IMG/VR virus record: IMGVR_UViG_3300035660_000060
Location: 1 to 30,542 of that record
Source of the DNA: a virus
Taxonomy: Duplodnaviria > Caudoviricetes
Direction: 5' to 3' (one strand)
DNA length: 30,542 nt
The stretch's first letter is position 1; each line of letters starts with the position of its first letter. Below are positions 1-8,232 of this stretch, piece by piece. A model generated the notes under the pieces. It ran no database searches, was not told where the DNA came from, and saw nothing but the letters and a program-made list of their open reading frames with translations. The translations under genes and the position numbers were made by a program.

Positions 1-4
1 ATGT

Positions 5-1768
5 TTAATTGACATATATCACACTGACCTTGTCTGAGGCGTTGCCGAAGACATAAATCAGATTCACGTTGTTGACTACGATGTCGACTGCTTGGTCTTT
101 AGAGAGCTCATGGCCTCTGGAAGCGGTGACGTTGCTGTCGCCCACTCTCACCTTGTTTGTGTTCCCCGCCAAGGCTTTGACCGTCACAGTTTTGCAAGGA
201 GTAGAGTTGGCTGTGAGCCGGGTTGCTGAGGCGGCTGCGGTGACATCGGCCAGAGTGCCTATGGCGGTGGCTGTTTGAAGAACCGTGGGCCAGCTTTGTT
301 CCTCTGTTTTGAGTCCGCCTTCGCCACCAAGAGCCGCAGGCAAGCCAGCGGCGAGAAGCGTGGCCACAGCTGAATCAGGGTAGTCCGCGGGAAAGTTGTC
401 GACGCCGAGGCTGGCGATAGGGTTCAGCTCTTCGACTTTTAGCCCCCCCGCGCCGCCGAGTGCTGCAGGCAAACCGGCAGCCAGCAAAGTCGCGACTGCG
501 CTGTCAGGATAGTCGGCGGGAAAGTTGCTGACTTCTATCTCGGTGAGGGGGCTTTGCTCTTTCACCTTGAGAGCATCGCCGTCTAATGCGGATGGAAGCC
601 CCGCTGCCAGAAGTGTGGCGACAGCCGAGTTAGGATAATCAGCAGGCCAATTCGTAACCTCAACTTCTCCGCCCCCGCCGCCGCCTTCCTCAACGGATAC
701 TTTCAGGTTTCCGGCAACAGTCAAAGCTGCAGGCAGGCCGCCGCCCAGAAGCGCTTCAAGTCCGTCCACGTAGCCGGCGATCAAAGCTAAGGTTGTCTGG
801 GTTGCGAACCCCGTTATTGGGTTCTGCTCCCGAGTCTTCAAGGCATCTGTGTCTAGGGCCGTCGGTAGACCGGCGGCCAGTAGTGTGGCGACAGCTGAGT
901 CTGGGTAGTCTGCGGGAAAGTTGCTCACTTCAATGGTGGAGAGAGGGCTTTGCTCGCTCACCTTGAGAGCGTCGCCATCCAGCGCACTGGGAAGCCCGGC
1001 CGCCAGCAGGGTTTCTATTTCTGTGGCTCGAACCTTGAGCTTGTCTGCGGTGAGTGTGCTTGGAAGGCCGCCTGCGAGTAGGCTTACCAAGATGGCGAGG
1101 GTGGCTGCGTCAGGGTAGTCGCTGGGAAATTCCTGCTCTCTGACTCTGAGTGCATTATCTCCAGCGACCTGCTGCAAGGGTGCAGCATTGGAGCCAAGAG
1201 GGGTGCGCTCCGTCGTGGTGAGGTCTCGAATATCCAGATCCGTAGCCTGAACCGTGATGGTTTCTCCGTCTAAGGTGACGATGAGATCATTGCTGGTCGT
1301 TTTCTGCTGCAGCGCCACGCCTTTAGAACCGAGAGGCGTGCGCTCTGTTTCCGTGAGATCGCGAATGTCTAGGTCGGTGGCTTCGACCACGTAGCTTGCA
1401 GGCCAGTTCTGCTCACTCACTTTCAGGGCTTCGCCGTCTAGGGCGGCCGGTAAACCGCCTGCCAGCAGCGCCTTGACGTCATCAAGCACTGAGTCGATTG
1501 CGGTGAGGGTGCTGTCAATGGTGGTGAGTTTGCCGGATTCTTTCGCCGGATCTGTGGGAAGGTTCTGCAGCTTCGCTAGGTCAAGGCTCCAGTCCCGAGC
1601 TGATTGGTCTTCGCCAGCAATCGCTTCTATGTCAATCTTGAAGCGGTCCTTGGCGGAGTCGTAGGCGAGCGCAGGGTTCTCTACGCTTATGGGAAGCGCA
1701 GCGGTCACCGTTGGAGTTTTCAGGGCGGCGCCCTTGACTTTGGTAACGTCGACCTGTGTCTCACTCAT
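5..1768 (-). CDS. Repeat-rich acidic structural protein, fibre/adhesin-like (587 aa)
   Basis: 8 copies of L(A/G)xGLPxxL..LK, 5 copies of PxDYP(D/N), 2 copies of ATDLDIRDLTxTERTPLGS, and a beta-rich C-terminal domain of about 80 aa. Confidence 0.6.
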   Translation of the reverse strand: MSETQVDVTKVKGAALKTPTVTAALPISVENPALAYDSAKDRFKIDIEAIAGEDQSARDWSLDLAKLQNLPTDPAKESGKLTTIDSTLTAIDSVLDDVKALLAGGLPAALDGEALKVSEQNWPASYVVEATDLDIRDLTETERTPLGSKGVALQQKTTSNDLIVTLDGETITVQATDLDIRDLTTTERTPLGSNAAPLQQVAGDNALRVREQEFPSDYPDAATLAILVSLLAGGLPSTLTADKLKVRATEIETLLAAGLPSALDGDALKVSEQSPLSTIEVSNFPADYPDSAVATLLAAGLPTALDTDALKTREQNPITGFATQTTLALIAGYVDGLEALLGGGLPAALTVAGNLKVSVEEGGGGGGEVEVTNWPADYPNSAVATLLAAGLPSALDGDALKVKEQSPLTEIEVSNFPADYPDSAVATLLAAGLPAALGGAGGLKVEELNPIASLGVDNFPADYPDSAVATLLAAGLPAALGGEGGLKTEEQSWPTVLQTATAIGTLADVTAAASATRLTANSTPCKTVTVKALAGNTNKVRVGDSNVTASRGHELSKDQAVDIVVNNVNLIYVFGNASDKVSVIYVN

Positions 1769-1784
1769 CGTTGATCAGCTTGAG

Positions 1785-1877
1785 CGCAGGCATCTTTCCC
1801 GTTTGGCGACTGCCGAGATGAGCTAAAATCTCAGACAGGGAATCGCCAGAGCTTCAGACGATTCGGGGATGCCTGCG
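1785..1877 (-). other. Structured intergenic/5'-UTR RNA element (long nested hairpin)
   Basis: Nested inverted repeats: 1785-1794/1868-1877 (10 bp), 1798-1801/1864-1867, 1804-1809/1843-1848, 1810-1819/1828-1838. Confidence 0.6.
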
Positions 1878-1880
1878 TAA

Positions 1881-2183
1881 CTATGAAGGTTGAGGCGAGG
1901 TTTGAGTTCTTCGGTCAGCCTCGTTTCTCGCCATGATGTACGACAACATCTCCGTGTAGTCGTACCACTTCATGTCGCAGCTTGTGCACTCGTAGAAAGG
2001 CAGGTCCAGCTTCCAGGGACCCATGTCAAGCTGTTCAGGTATGCGATCGGTAGTGCCGAGCTTGTGGCAGCGGGGGCAGGCGAGGCTCTCCATGCGTCGG
2101 CGGCCGCGTCGTTTCTTGGCTGAGGTTGAGGCGAGGGGCGCCGATGTGACTTTGGCCGGCAGCTTAGGATCTTCAACGCTCAC
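1881..2183 (-). CDS. Zn-ribbon protein (100 aa)
   Basis: CPRC...CTSC motif and basic N-terminus; GTG start overlaps the upstream micro-ORF. Confidence 0.65.
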   Translation of the reverse strand: MSVEDPKLPAKVTSAPLASTSAKKRRGRRRMESLACPRCHKLGTTDRIPEQLDMGPWKLDLPFYECTSCDMKWYDYTEMLSYIMARNEADRRTQTSPQPS

Positions 2184-2289
2184 GTTTCATTCGCTCCATG
2201 TCTTCTCGGGCGCAGGCTTTGCAGAGCAGCAGCTTGCGTCCTCGGGGTTTGCCGCAGCGAACACATCTCTCTGTCGCTCTGCTTTTCAG
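2173..2289 (-). CDS. Zn-finger micro-protein (38 aa), probable CTG start
   Basis: Translated by hand: (M)KSRATERCVRCGKPRGRKLLLCKACAREDMERMKRER. CTGA overlap with the upstream stop; fills the operon gap. Confidence 0.5.
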   Translation of the reverse strand: MKSRATERCVRCGKPRGRKLLLCKACAREDMERMKRER

Positions 2290-2402
2290 TCTGTTCGCCT
2301 TTTCTTCCAGCAGTGGTAGCAGTAAGGACCCTTGCCATCTATGTATTCGTCTTCTCCTTCAGGGATGGGGTCGCCGCAGGCTTCGCATTCCTGCTCGCTC
2401 AC
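2286..2402 (-). CDS. Zn-finger micro-protein (38 aa)
   Basis: Translated by hand: MSEQECEACGDPIPEGEDEYIDGKGPYCYHCWKKRRTD. GTGA overlap with the upstream gene. Confidence 0.65.
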   Translation of the reverse strand: MSEQECEACGDPIPEGEDEYIDGKGPYCYHCWKKRRTD

Positions 2403-2599
2403 CGAACCACCATCTGGTCAGGAACATTGAAGAGCCAATAGGGCTGTTTGGTTCGACAGTCAGAGCAAAGATGCTCTGTCACAACGATGTGTCGGAGTGC
2501 TCGTGTGCCTATGTAGCGGACGGATTTTGTGGGGCGGTAGTGCTTGCCTGGCAGGAACGGTTTCTTGCATCTGTCGCAGATCAGAGGTTTGGTGCTCAC
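2399..2599 (-). CDS. Zn-finger protein
   Basis: CDRC...CSDC; likely GTG start overlapping the stop of the upstream gene (the track extends it to 2626). Confidence 0.6.
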   Translation of the reverse strand: MSTKPLICDRCKKPFLPGKHYRPTKSVRYIGTRALRHIVVTEHLCSDCRTKQPYWLFNVPDQMVVR

Positions 2600-2892
2600 T
2601 TCTTTCGCCAGCCGTAGAGGAACCATGCGACTGCCACAAGGATGGCGCCGTACCAGAAGTGGTGTAGGCCCGGTAGGCCGGTGGGGCTGAGCAAGCAGTA
2701 GAGCGGCTCATGTAGGTGCAGGACTTCTTCCCAGAAGTCCCAGATCATCATGACGAGCCCGATCCAGAAGCATGCTTCGATGATTCGGTTTCGGTTGTGT
2801 TCTTCTAGGAGCTTTTGATGCCAGCTGCGCCTTCGGTGGTAGTCGTACAGTTTGTCGACATCTCCAGGTTGATATTCGTCCATTACTTTCAT
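2596..2892 (-). CDS. Small membrane protein (98 aa)
   Basis: Two hydrophobic segments (ACFWIGLVMMIW; HHFWYGAILVAVAWFLYGW); ATGA coupling to the upstream ORF. Confidence 0.65.
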   Translation of the reverse strand: MKVMDEYQPGDVDKLYDYHRRRSWHQKLLEEHNRNRIIEACFWIGLVMMIWDFWEEVLHLHEPLYCLLSPTGLPGLHHFWYGAILVAVAWFLYGWRKK

Positions 2893-3005
2893 CTACCTCT
2901 CTGTGTGAGAACGCGTCGAATCAGCTCGTAGGCGCCCAAGATCAGCAACGCAGGCAGGATTCGCACAAGCGCATAGCCAACAACCATATCCAAGATCAAG
3001 TGCAT
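2889..3005 (-). CDS. Small hydrophobic protein (38 aa)
   Basis: Translated by hand: MHLILDMVVGYALVRILPALLILGAYELIRRVLTQRGR; strong SD GAGGTGA upstream. Confidence 0.6.
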   Translation of the reverse strand: MHLILDMVVGYALVRILPALLILGAYELIRRVLTQRGR

Positions 3006-3017
3006 TTTCTCACCTCT

Positions 3018-4634
3018 CTATCCGAACAGATCCACCACGCCTAGCTCATGACCCATCTTCCTGGCGTGGTATGCGATCAGAGCGTAAACGAATGAATGAT
3101 AAGCGTCGTCCGGTTGGCCTTCCGGATGCGTGTAGTGGTGATATTTCTTGCCGGCGACGGTTTCCTGCTCTTCCATTTCTAGGCACGTGAAGTGGTCGAT
3201 GAGCCATTCAACGTCTTCGGGGCGTTGCCATGGTATGACTAGGCGAGGCGTGGGCTTTCCGTCTGGGCCGGTGCGTTTGATCACGTCCAGAGCGGTTTCG
3301 ATCCAGAAGCTGCGGTCTGCGAGCAGGATCATCTGTGCGATTCTTTCGCCGGCCTCGTCGCGGTGCTTCATCTCGAGCGGAAGCTCGGGCCGCCTGATGT
3401 AGTGGCAGCCCAACACGCGGTCTGCGAACTTCTTCTGCAGCTCCGAGACTTGCACAGCGCCATAACCCATGTCAGCTACGGCCTGTTTCACGTTGAACAG
3501 GTTGATCAGGTTGCCGATCGTGGCGACCTGTTTCATTGGGTCGCGCTCGTCAAACTTGTGCACGTAGAGCAGGCGCCAGCGGTCCAGCTCGTCCATTGCC
3601 ATGATCCAGATCAGGGTGAAGGAGAATTCTCCGCCGCCCCAGTCGATCCCGGCATACGAGACATAGGGCGCGTTGAGGGCTTGGAACATGGTTGACTCAA
3701 AGTCTCGGCACTCCATCAGGTCCTGCGTGATCAAAGGTTTCCTTAAGCCTCGGTAGAACAGGCCGAGCACTTCATTTTGGAAGAGGCGGGGCAAGTAGTG
3801 CGCACGCTTGTAGGGAATGCTGTTGACGTCTTCGGGCGGCAGCTTTGTGATCCACACGGCCATCTCCTGCGTCATGTGGTAGCCGCTGTAGCTGCGGTTT
3901 TGGGGTTTTTGAGGAACCCACGCTTTAGCGTCTGAGTCCCATTCCTTCATGTCGCTTTCCTGCCAGCGCTGGTCGAACTGTGAGCCTGCGTCTGAAGATG
4001 TGCCCACTATGACCATGCGGCCGAAGCTGCTGTGAGCCATAGTTTCTGTCAGGACTGGTAAGGCTTCGCTTGAAACGTCTTGGGCTTCATCTACGGCTGC
4101 GAAGTCTGCTGGTATGTTTCTTATGGCGCTGAAGTCTCCCCAGCCTGAGTACATGTAGCAGAGGGAGCCGTTGTCGAAGGGTATGCGGCTGATGGCCGGT
4201 TGCCCTTCCACGTCCTTAGACTCAATCACCACATGCCTGAGCACGGGGCTGTCCCAGATCGCTTTTCTGAGCCTGTCTCGACTGAAGCGGCTGACCTGAT
4301 CCATTCGGGGCGCAGTGTAGATTGCGGTGGTGTTTGGGTTCGTGGTGAGCTGATAGAGAAGCCAGTTCACGATCCACTCCGTCATCTCCATTTGCCGGGC
4401 TTTGGCTACCACTACTCGCCGGTGCGGGTCTCGGTAGATCGGCAGGAGATAGTCGCGGTCTTGGAAGGTGAACGCTGCGCCTTTCAGGATGCGGCAGCGC
4501 AGGGCCCACTCAACTGGGTCCTGGTGCAGGGCTTCCAGAGCTTGGCTTCGCGCTATCTGCTCCTTGATTTGCTGCAGGTCCTTTTCTTGCTGCAAGAGCC
4601 TGTTGGAGACTTGCGATTGCTGCCTCATGCTCAT
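3018..4634 (-). CDS. terL: Terminase large subunit (GpA-like ATPase plus RNase H-fold nuclease)
   Basis: Walker A-like VVVAKARQMEMTE, YTAP, Walker B FAAVDE, coupling motif VIVGT, nuclease acidic motifs YAGIDWG, VADMGYG and PDDAYHS. Confidence 0.92.
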   Translation of the reverse strand: MSMRQQSQVSNRLLQQEKDLQQIKEQIARSQALEALHQDPVEWALRCRILKGAAFTFQDRDYLLPIYRDPHRRVVVAKARQMEMTEWIVNWLLYQLTTNPNTTAIYTAPRMDQVSRFSRDRLRKAIWDSPVLRHVVIESKDVEGQPAISRIPFDNGSLCYMYSGWGDFSAIRNIPADFAAVDEAQDVSSEALPVLTETMAHSSFGRMVIVGTSSDAGSQFDQRWQESDMKEWDSDAKAWVPQKPQNRSYSGYHMTQEMAVWITKLPPEDVNSIPYKRAHYLPRLFQNEVLGLFYRGLRKPLITQDLMECRDFESTMFQALNAPYVSYAGIDWGGGEFSFTLIWIMAMDELDRWRLLYVHKFDERDPMKQVATIGNLINLFNVKQAVADMGYGAVQVSELQKKFADRVLGCHYIRRPELPLEMKHRDEAGERIAQMILLADRSFWIETALDVIKRTGPDGKPTPRLVIPWQRPEDVEWLIDHFTCLEMEEQETVAGKKYHHYTHPEGQPDDAYHSFVYALIAYHARKMGHELGVVDLFG

Positions 4635-5100
4635 CTAGTTTCATCCTCACGGCTGACAGGTCTAATCCGTACAGGCGGTCCAGATCCCGAGAGAGCACCG
4701 TGGCCGCTCTGATTGCGTGGACCTGCACAAAGCTTCGGTCCTCTTCGTTGCCTTTCTCATCGAACCGCGCAGGCTTCTCAACAATTTCCTGCAGCTTCTT
4801 GAACAGGCCTTTCTTTTCGTCCACGCTTTGAGCCAGGTCACGCTTGTACAGGTCGGGTTTCGTAGCCTGATCGATTTGGCGTTTGGCTCGCATGTCGGAG
4901 AGGTCGCGTTCTATGGTTCGTTGGCTGCATTTGAAGCCTAGGGTTTTGAGGTTTTGGGTTATGATGTGGGCGGGGGTGCCTGTGAGGTGGAGTTGCCAGG
5001 CTCGGTAGGCTCTGTCTTGTCTGGTTCGGAGTGGCGGGGTGGTTTTTTTGCCGTCATCTTTTGTGGGGGTTTTTGTCGGGGGTGCGTCATTCTTTGTCAT
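4510..5100 (-). CDS. terS: Probable terminase small subunit (N-terminal HTH)
   Basis: Lies immediately upstream of terL; HTH-like segment (AHIITQNL..GFKCSQRTIERDL) followed by helical/coiled-coil sequence. Confidence 0.7.
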   Translation of the reverse strand: MTKNDAPPTKTPTKDDGKKTTPPLRTRQDRAYRAWQLHLTGTPAHIITQNLKTLGFKCSQRTIERDLSDMRAKRQIDQATKPDLYKRDLAQSVDEKKGLFKKLQEIVEKPARFDEKGNEEDRSFVQVHAIRAATVLSRDLDRLYGLDLSAVRMKLDEHEAAIASLQQALAARKGPAANQGADSAKPSSGSPAPGPS

Positions 5101-5305
5101 GGGGGGCTTCCTTTGGGGGGCTTGGCTTCTTGTCTTTTTCTTTGAGGGTGAGTAGGGCTTGTCGGCGTTCGACGTCTTGGATGTATGCTACGATTGCTTC
5201 TCCTAGGTTCTGCGTTGACACTCTTAGGACGGTGTATTGGTCGAATATGCGTCGCTTTGACCGCTCTATGTTGGGCAGGTTTGTTTCAGGGGGAGCGTTA
5301 GACAT
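5087..5305 (-). CDS. Hypothetical protein
   Basis: ORF fits the - strand operon; the start at 5305 avoids overlap with the upstream ORF. Confidence 0.5.
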   Translation of the reverse strand: MSNAPPETNLPNIERSKRRIFDQYTVLRVSTQNLGEAIVAYIQDVERRQALLTLKEKDKKPSPPKEAPHDKE

Positions 5306-5325
5306 GGGGGGTTGTTCCTTTGTTT

Positions 5326-5517
5326 TCAGGATATGAGGGTTATGCTCCACAAGTTTGGATGGATCTGTCGAGGTTGCTCGTCTTGGGGGCAGCCGCACCA
5401 GAAGAGCATGGAACCATCTCGGCGCTGGAGTAGCAGGGGCTGATTATGGGTGAGGCAGCGCAGGGCGAAGAGGGTGAGGAGCTGCTGCACATGGCTGAGC
5501 GAAGCTGTATATTGCAT
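5326..5517 (-). CDS. Hypothetical protein (63 aa)
   Basis: TAATG stop/start coupling at 5517; CxxH...CxC motif. Confidence 0.5.
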   Translation of the reverse strand: MQYTASLSHVQQLLTLFALRCLTHNQPLLLQRRDGSMLFWCGCPQDEQPRQIHPNLWSITLIS

Positions 5518-5813
5518 TATACAGCCGCCTTTGAGAGTTGTTGGCGGGTTTCTCGGGCGGATGCTCTCCAGATATCGTCCGAGGATAGGAGCAGCCAGCC
5601 TTTTCGCAGTAGGAGAGTGTGGCAGGTTGTGCAGTGCTTTTCTGGGCGGTCGGTGCAGGTGCAGCGAGTCTCTTCGGTGAGTGCGTTTCTGCAGAAGTAG
5701 CATTGAATTGACGTGGCTGGAATAGGTGGTGCCTTGGATGGAAGCGAGGAGACTCGATTGTAGCCTTCGGGAAGCCGGGAGCCTGGACGCCAGAGCGGCC
5801 CTTCCTCAGTCAT
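5517..5813 (-). CDS. Zn-finger protein (98 aa)
   Basis: CYFC, CTC, HCTTCH; ATGA overlap with the upstream gene. Confidence 0.55.
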   Translation of the reverse strand: MTEEGPLWRPGSRLPEGYNRVSSLPSKAPPIPATSIQCYFCRNALTEETRCTCTDRPEKHCTTCHTLLLRKGWLLLSSDDIWRASARETRQQLSKAAV

Positions 5814-6046
5814 TTCACGAACCTTGGGACTATGGCTGCGATGAGGGTGGCTATAATGCCTGCGATTACAAGGATGGTGGCAGTGTTGGTGCGGTGGTTC
5901 TCTATGTGCGTGTCGACGCGCTCCTGGTAGCGGGGGTAGCTGTCGCACATGGGCTTGATCTGTTCGCTGAGGGTGCGCACTCTCTCTGCGACGAGGATTA
6001 GAAGCTCTCGGTCGGGCAGTGATCTAACGTCAGGGTCAACAGTCAA
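5810..6046 (-). CDS. Small helical protein with C-terminal membrane anchor (XhlA/holin-like architecture)
   Basis: 78 aa; amphipathic N-terminal part, then ILVIAGIIATLIAAIV and a basic tail; follows the membrane protease gene. Confidence 0.6.
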   Translation of the reverse strand: MTVDPDVRSLPDRELLILVAERVRTLSEQIKPMCDSYPRYQERVDTHIENHRTNTATILVIAGIIATLIAAIVPRFVK

Positions 6047-6066
6047 GATCCGGTCCCATGCCGAGG

Positions 6067-7608
6067 CTATGTTTGTTTTACGATCACGGCCTCTGCTTGC
6101 AGGGGAACGGGTCCGGCGGGCACTTTGTCTCCTTGCTTGGGGCTCACTGCGATAGCTTTCGATGTATCTGTTGGGTTTTCTTCAACTTCGAACGTGATGT
6201 GTGCACTCTCCTGTCCGCGCACGCCTTTGTAATATGGCACGCTCCACCATGTGTAGGTTCCGGGTTCAAGGGTCTGAATGGACTCGTACAGGTTGCCGGT
6301 CTTGGGCTGCGTCTTTGTGTCCGCCAAAGCGTCGTCTAGATAGAATTCTACCTTGTCAACTTTCTCAGCGGGTGATCCGCCTAGGCCTGCGGCATCGTCT
6401 CCCGGAAACTGCTGCGCATCAATGTCCCACGCCATGTAGTACTGGATGGTGTACGGCGCCTTGCTAAGCCAAGTGTTCCATGACGTGATGCAGGCTACGG
6501 TGGCGGGGCCGTGCAGCAGCCCTTCCAAGAGCGCTCGGAAGTAGTCGCTGTGCGGACAGAAAAAGTACTTGCTGTGCGAGTCCATGGTCGGATCTTCGTT
6601 GTCGATGCTGAACACAAAGTCCTCTATGTAAGAGTGCTCTGCGAGCTCTCCTTGGCTGAGGCGCTGCTGGAAAGAGTCGCCGAACTGGCAGCTGAGGAAG
6701 CTGCCGATCCGGTTTCTCATGTTGCCGTAGTTCACAGGTTCAAGTAGCACATCTTGTCGGTATCCCGTGTACCTTGTGGAGTCTCCGTGGCCGGTACCTT
6801 CTATTCCTCGGACTAGCGAGGTGGCAGCGGTGGCTGCTTCAAACTGAGTTCGCTTCGCTTGGTCGCCATCAAGCTCTACGACTGAGAATCCAAGCTGCCT
6901 AGCGTATTCGCCTATCATCTTCTTGTTCCAGTATTGGCCGAAGCGGCATGCAGTGTCGCCCCAGTCGCCGTCAGGAATCGTGAGGATCTGTATTTCTTCT
7001 GGAAGAACGCGTCCTTTGATTTGCAGTGTCGGCAAGTCTGTGAACAAAGGGGCGACTGGCGGCTTTTTGCTGAAGATGCGAACCAGCTTCTTGCCAAGCG
7101 GTGTGCCCTGCACCATGTGCTCGTACTGTTCCGCTCGAGTGACGCCTCGGGCGGGCCACACGGATCCGAATAGGCCGGCGTTGAGGCTTGTGAGGCGGTC
7201 GCCTTCATTCTTCTCGAACTCTTTGTCGCCCAACTTGACGGGGTGCTTGCTGAAGTCTTTTCGGGTGGCTTCTTCAAGGTTTTTGATGGCTAGCTGCGTG
7301 GTCGGGTCAAGCTGCTCAAGTTCCTTCTGCGACAAGCCTTCTTTCGGCCGGAAGTGGTTAAACGCATACTTGATCACGTCGATGCCCCAGTAGCCAGATC
7401 CGATGATGCCAGCGAGAGAGACTAGATCAGGTTTGACGCTGCTCAGGTAGGCGAGCAGGCCGACTAGGCCGCCTGCGAACAGGTGGCGCAACCACTGTTT
7501 TGCGTCGGTGAGCACATCGTGGCTTTCAGGCGGCAGGATCATGTAGGCGACTCCGCCCAAGATACCTGCGCACAGTTCAATCAAAAGCGCGGTTAGTTGT
7601 GGATCCAT
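6067..7608 (-). CDS. Membrane-anchored clan CD-like (gingipain C25/caspase-fold) cysteine protease with C-terminal Ig-like domain
   Basis: About 3 Gly-rich TM helices in the first 85 aa. GTGHGD and FLSCQFG match the His-Gly...Ser-Cys dyad pattern. KVDKVEFYLDD...LEPGTYTW is an Ig-like signature. Confidence 0.7.
   Translation of the reverse strand: MDPQLTALLIELCAGILGGVAYMILPPESHDVLTDAKQWLRHLFAGGLVGLLAYLSSVKPDLVSLAGIIGSGYWGIDVIKYAFNHFRPKEGLSQKELEQLDPTTQLAIKNLEEATRKDFSKHPVKLGDKEFEKNEGDRLTSLNAGLFGSVWPARGVTRAEQYEHMVQGTPLGKKLVRIFSKKPPVAPLFTDLPTLQIKGRVLPEEIQILTIPDGDWGDTACRFGQYWNKKMIGEYARQLGFSVVELDGDQAKRTQFEAATAATSLVRGIEGTGHGDSTRYTGYRQDVLLEPVNYGNMRNRIGSFLSCQFGDSFQQRLSQGELAEHSYIEDFVFSIDNEDPTMDSHSKYFFCPHSDYFRALLEGLLHGPATVACITSWNTWLSKAPYTIQYYMAWDIDAQQFPGDDAAGLGGSPAEKVDKVEFYLDDALADTKTQPKTGNLYESIQTLEPGTYTWWSVPYYKGVRGQESAHITFEVEENPTDTSKAIAVSPKQGDKVPAGPVPLQAEAVIVKQT
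7013..7040 (-). repeat. 28-bp inverted repeat, copy 1 (inside the protease gene)
   Basis: The - strand reads CAGACTTGCCGACACTGCAAATCAAAGG, identical to + strand 14655-14682. Confidence 0.95.
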
Positions 7609-7610
7609 GA

Positions 7611-7859
7611 CTATTCGCCTCGTGCCTTCGCCAGAAACTCTTGAAGAGGCATGCGTTCACCTGAACTCGTGAGCACGGTGCCGTCCCACAGAAACATGAG
7701 GGGTCCCTGACGGATGGTGGGTGGCGCCTGCTGGCTGAACAGAGCCTGCAATATGTCTGCTGCCTGAGGCGCCGCGGGTTGATTAGCTGGATGGTTTCTG
7801 CAGATCCCGCCGAGGCCGCATCGATTGCAGTCCGGCGAGAAACAAGGTGGTCCTTTCAT
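7611..7859 (-). CDS. Cys-rich hypothetical protein (82 aa)
   Basis: C-x4-CxxC-x5-C N-terminus; tight operon spacing. Confidence 0.6.
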   Translation of the reverse strand: MKGPPCFSPDCNRCGLGGICRNHPANQPAAPQAADILQALFSQQAPPTIRQGPLMFLWDGTVLTSSGERMPLQEFLAKARGE

Positions 7860-7865
7860 TCTTTC

Positions 7866-8168
7866 TCAATTCCTTCTTAAACTTGGGTGCACATAGCTGT
7901 GGTCGCGTTGCGTCAACACGTCTCCTTTCGCCACGCCTACGCTCGGGTAGCTGTTGAGGCTCACGGTTTCAGCCCGCTCACGGTCCCGGAAAGAAGATTG
8001 CCACATGGCGCCGCGAATGATGCCTTGAACCATAGCGTAGGGAGAAAGAGCTTTCTGCAGACGTTCTTGCCGGCGCATTTCATGTCTGCGTCGGCTGGCG
8101 TATCCGCGATGCTTTCTGCTGGTAGACTGCGCGATCGGCTGATTCCGGAGTTCAAACCAGAGTTGCAT
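7866..8168 (-). CDS. Basic hypothetical protein (100 aa)
   Basis: ORF in operon orientation after a short intergenic gap. Confidence 0.5.
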   Translation of the reverse strand: MQLWFELRNQPIAQSTSRKHRGYASRRRHEMRRQERLQKALSPYAMVQGIIRGAMWQSSFRDRERAETVSLNSYPSVGVAKGDVLTQRDHSYVHPSLRRN

Positions 8169-8232
8169 GGCTAAAGAGACAGCTCCTTAAGAGAGCCTTA
8201 CGCAACGTTCCACGCTATTTTGCGGGAGAAGC

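Noticed and set aside
1785-1877. Hammerhead ribozyme or tRNA
   Set aside because: CUGAAG and GAAA are present, but the core is CUGAAGC, there is no UH at the required junction, and there is no cloverleaf or T-loop.
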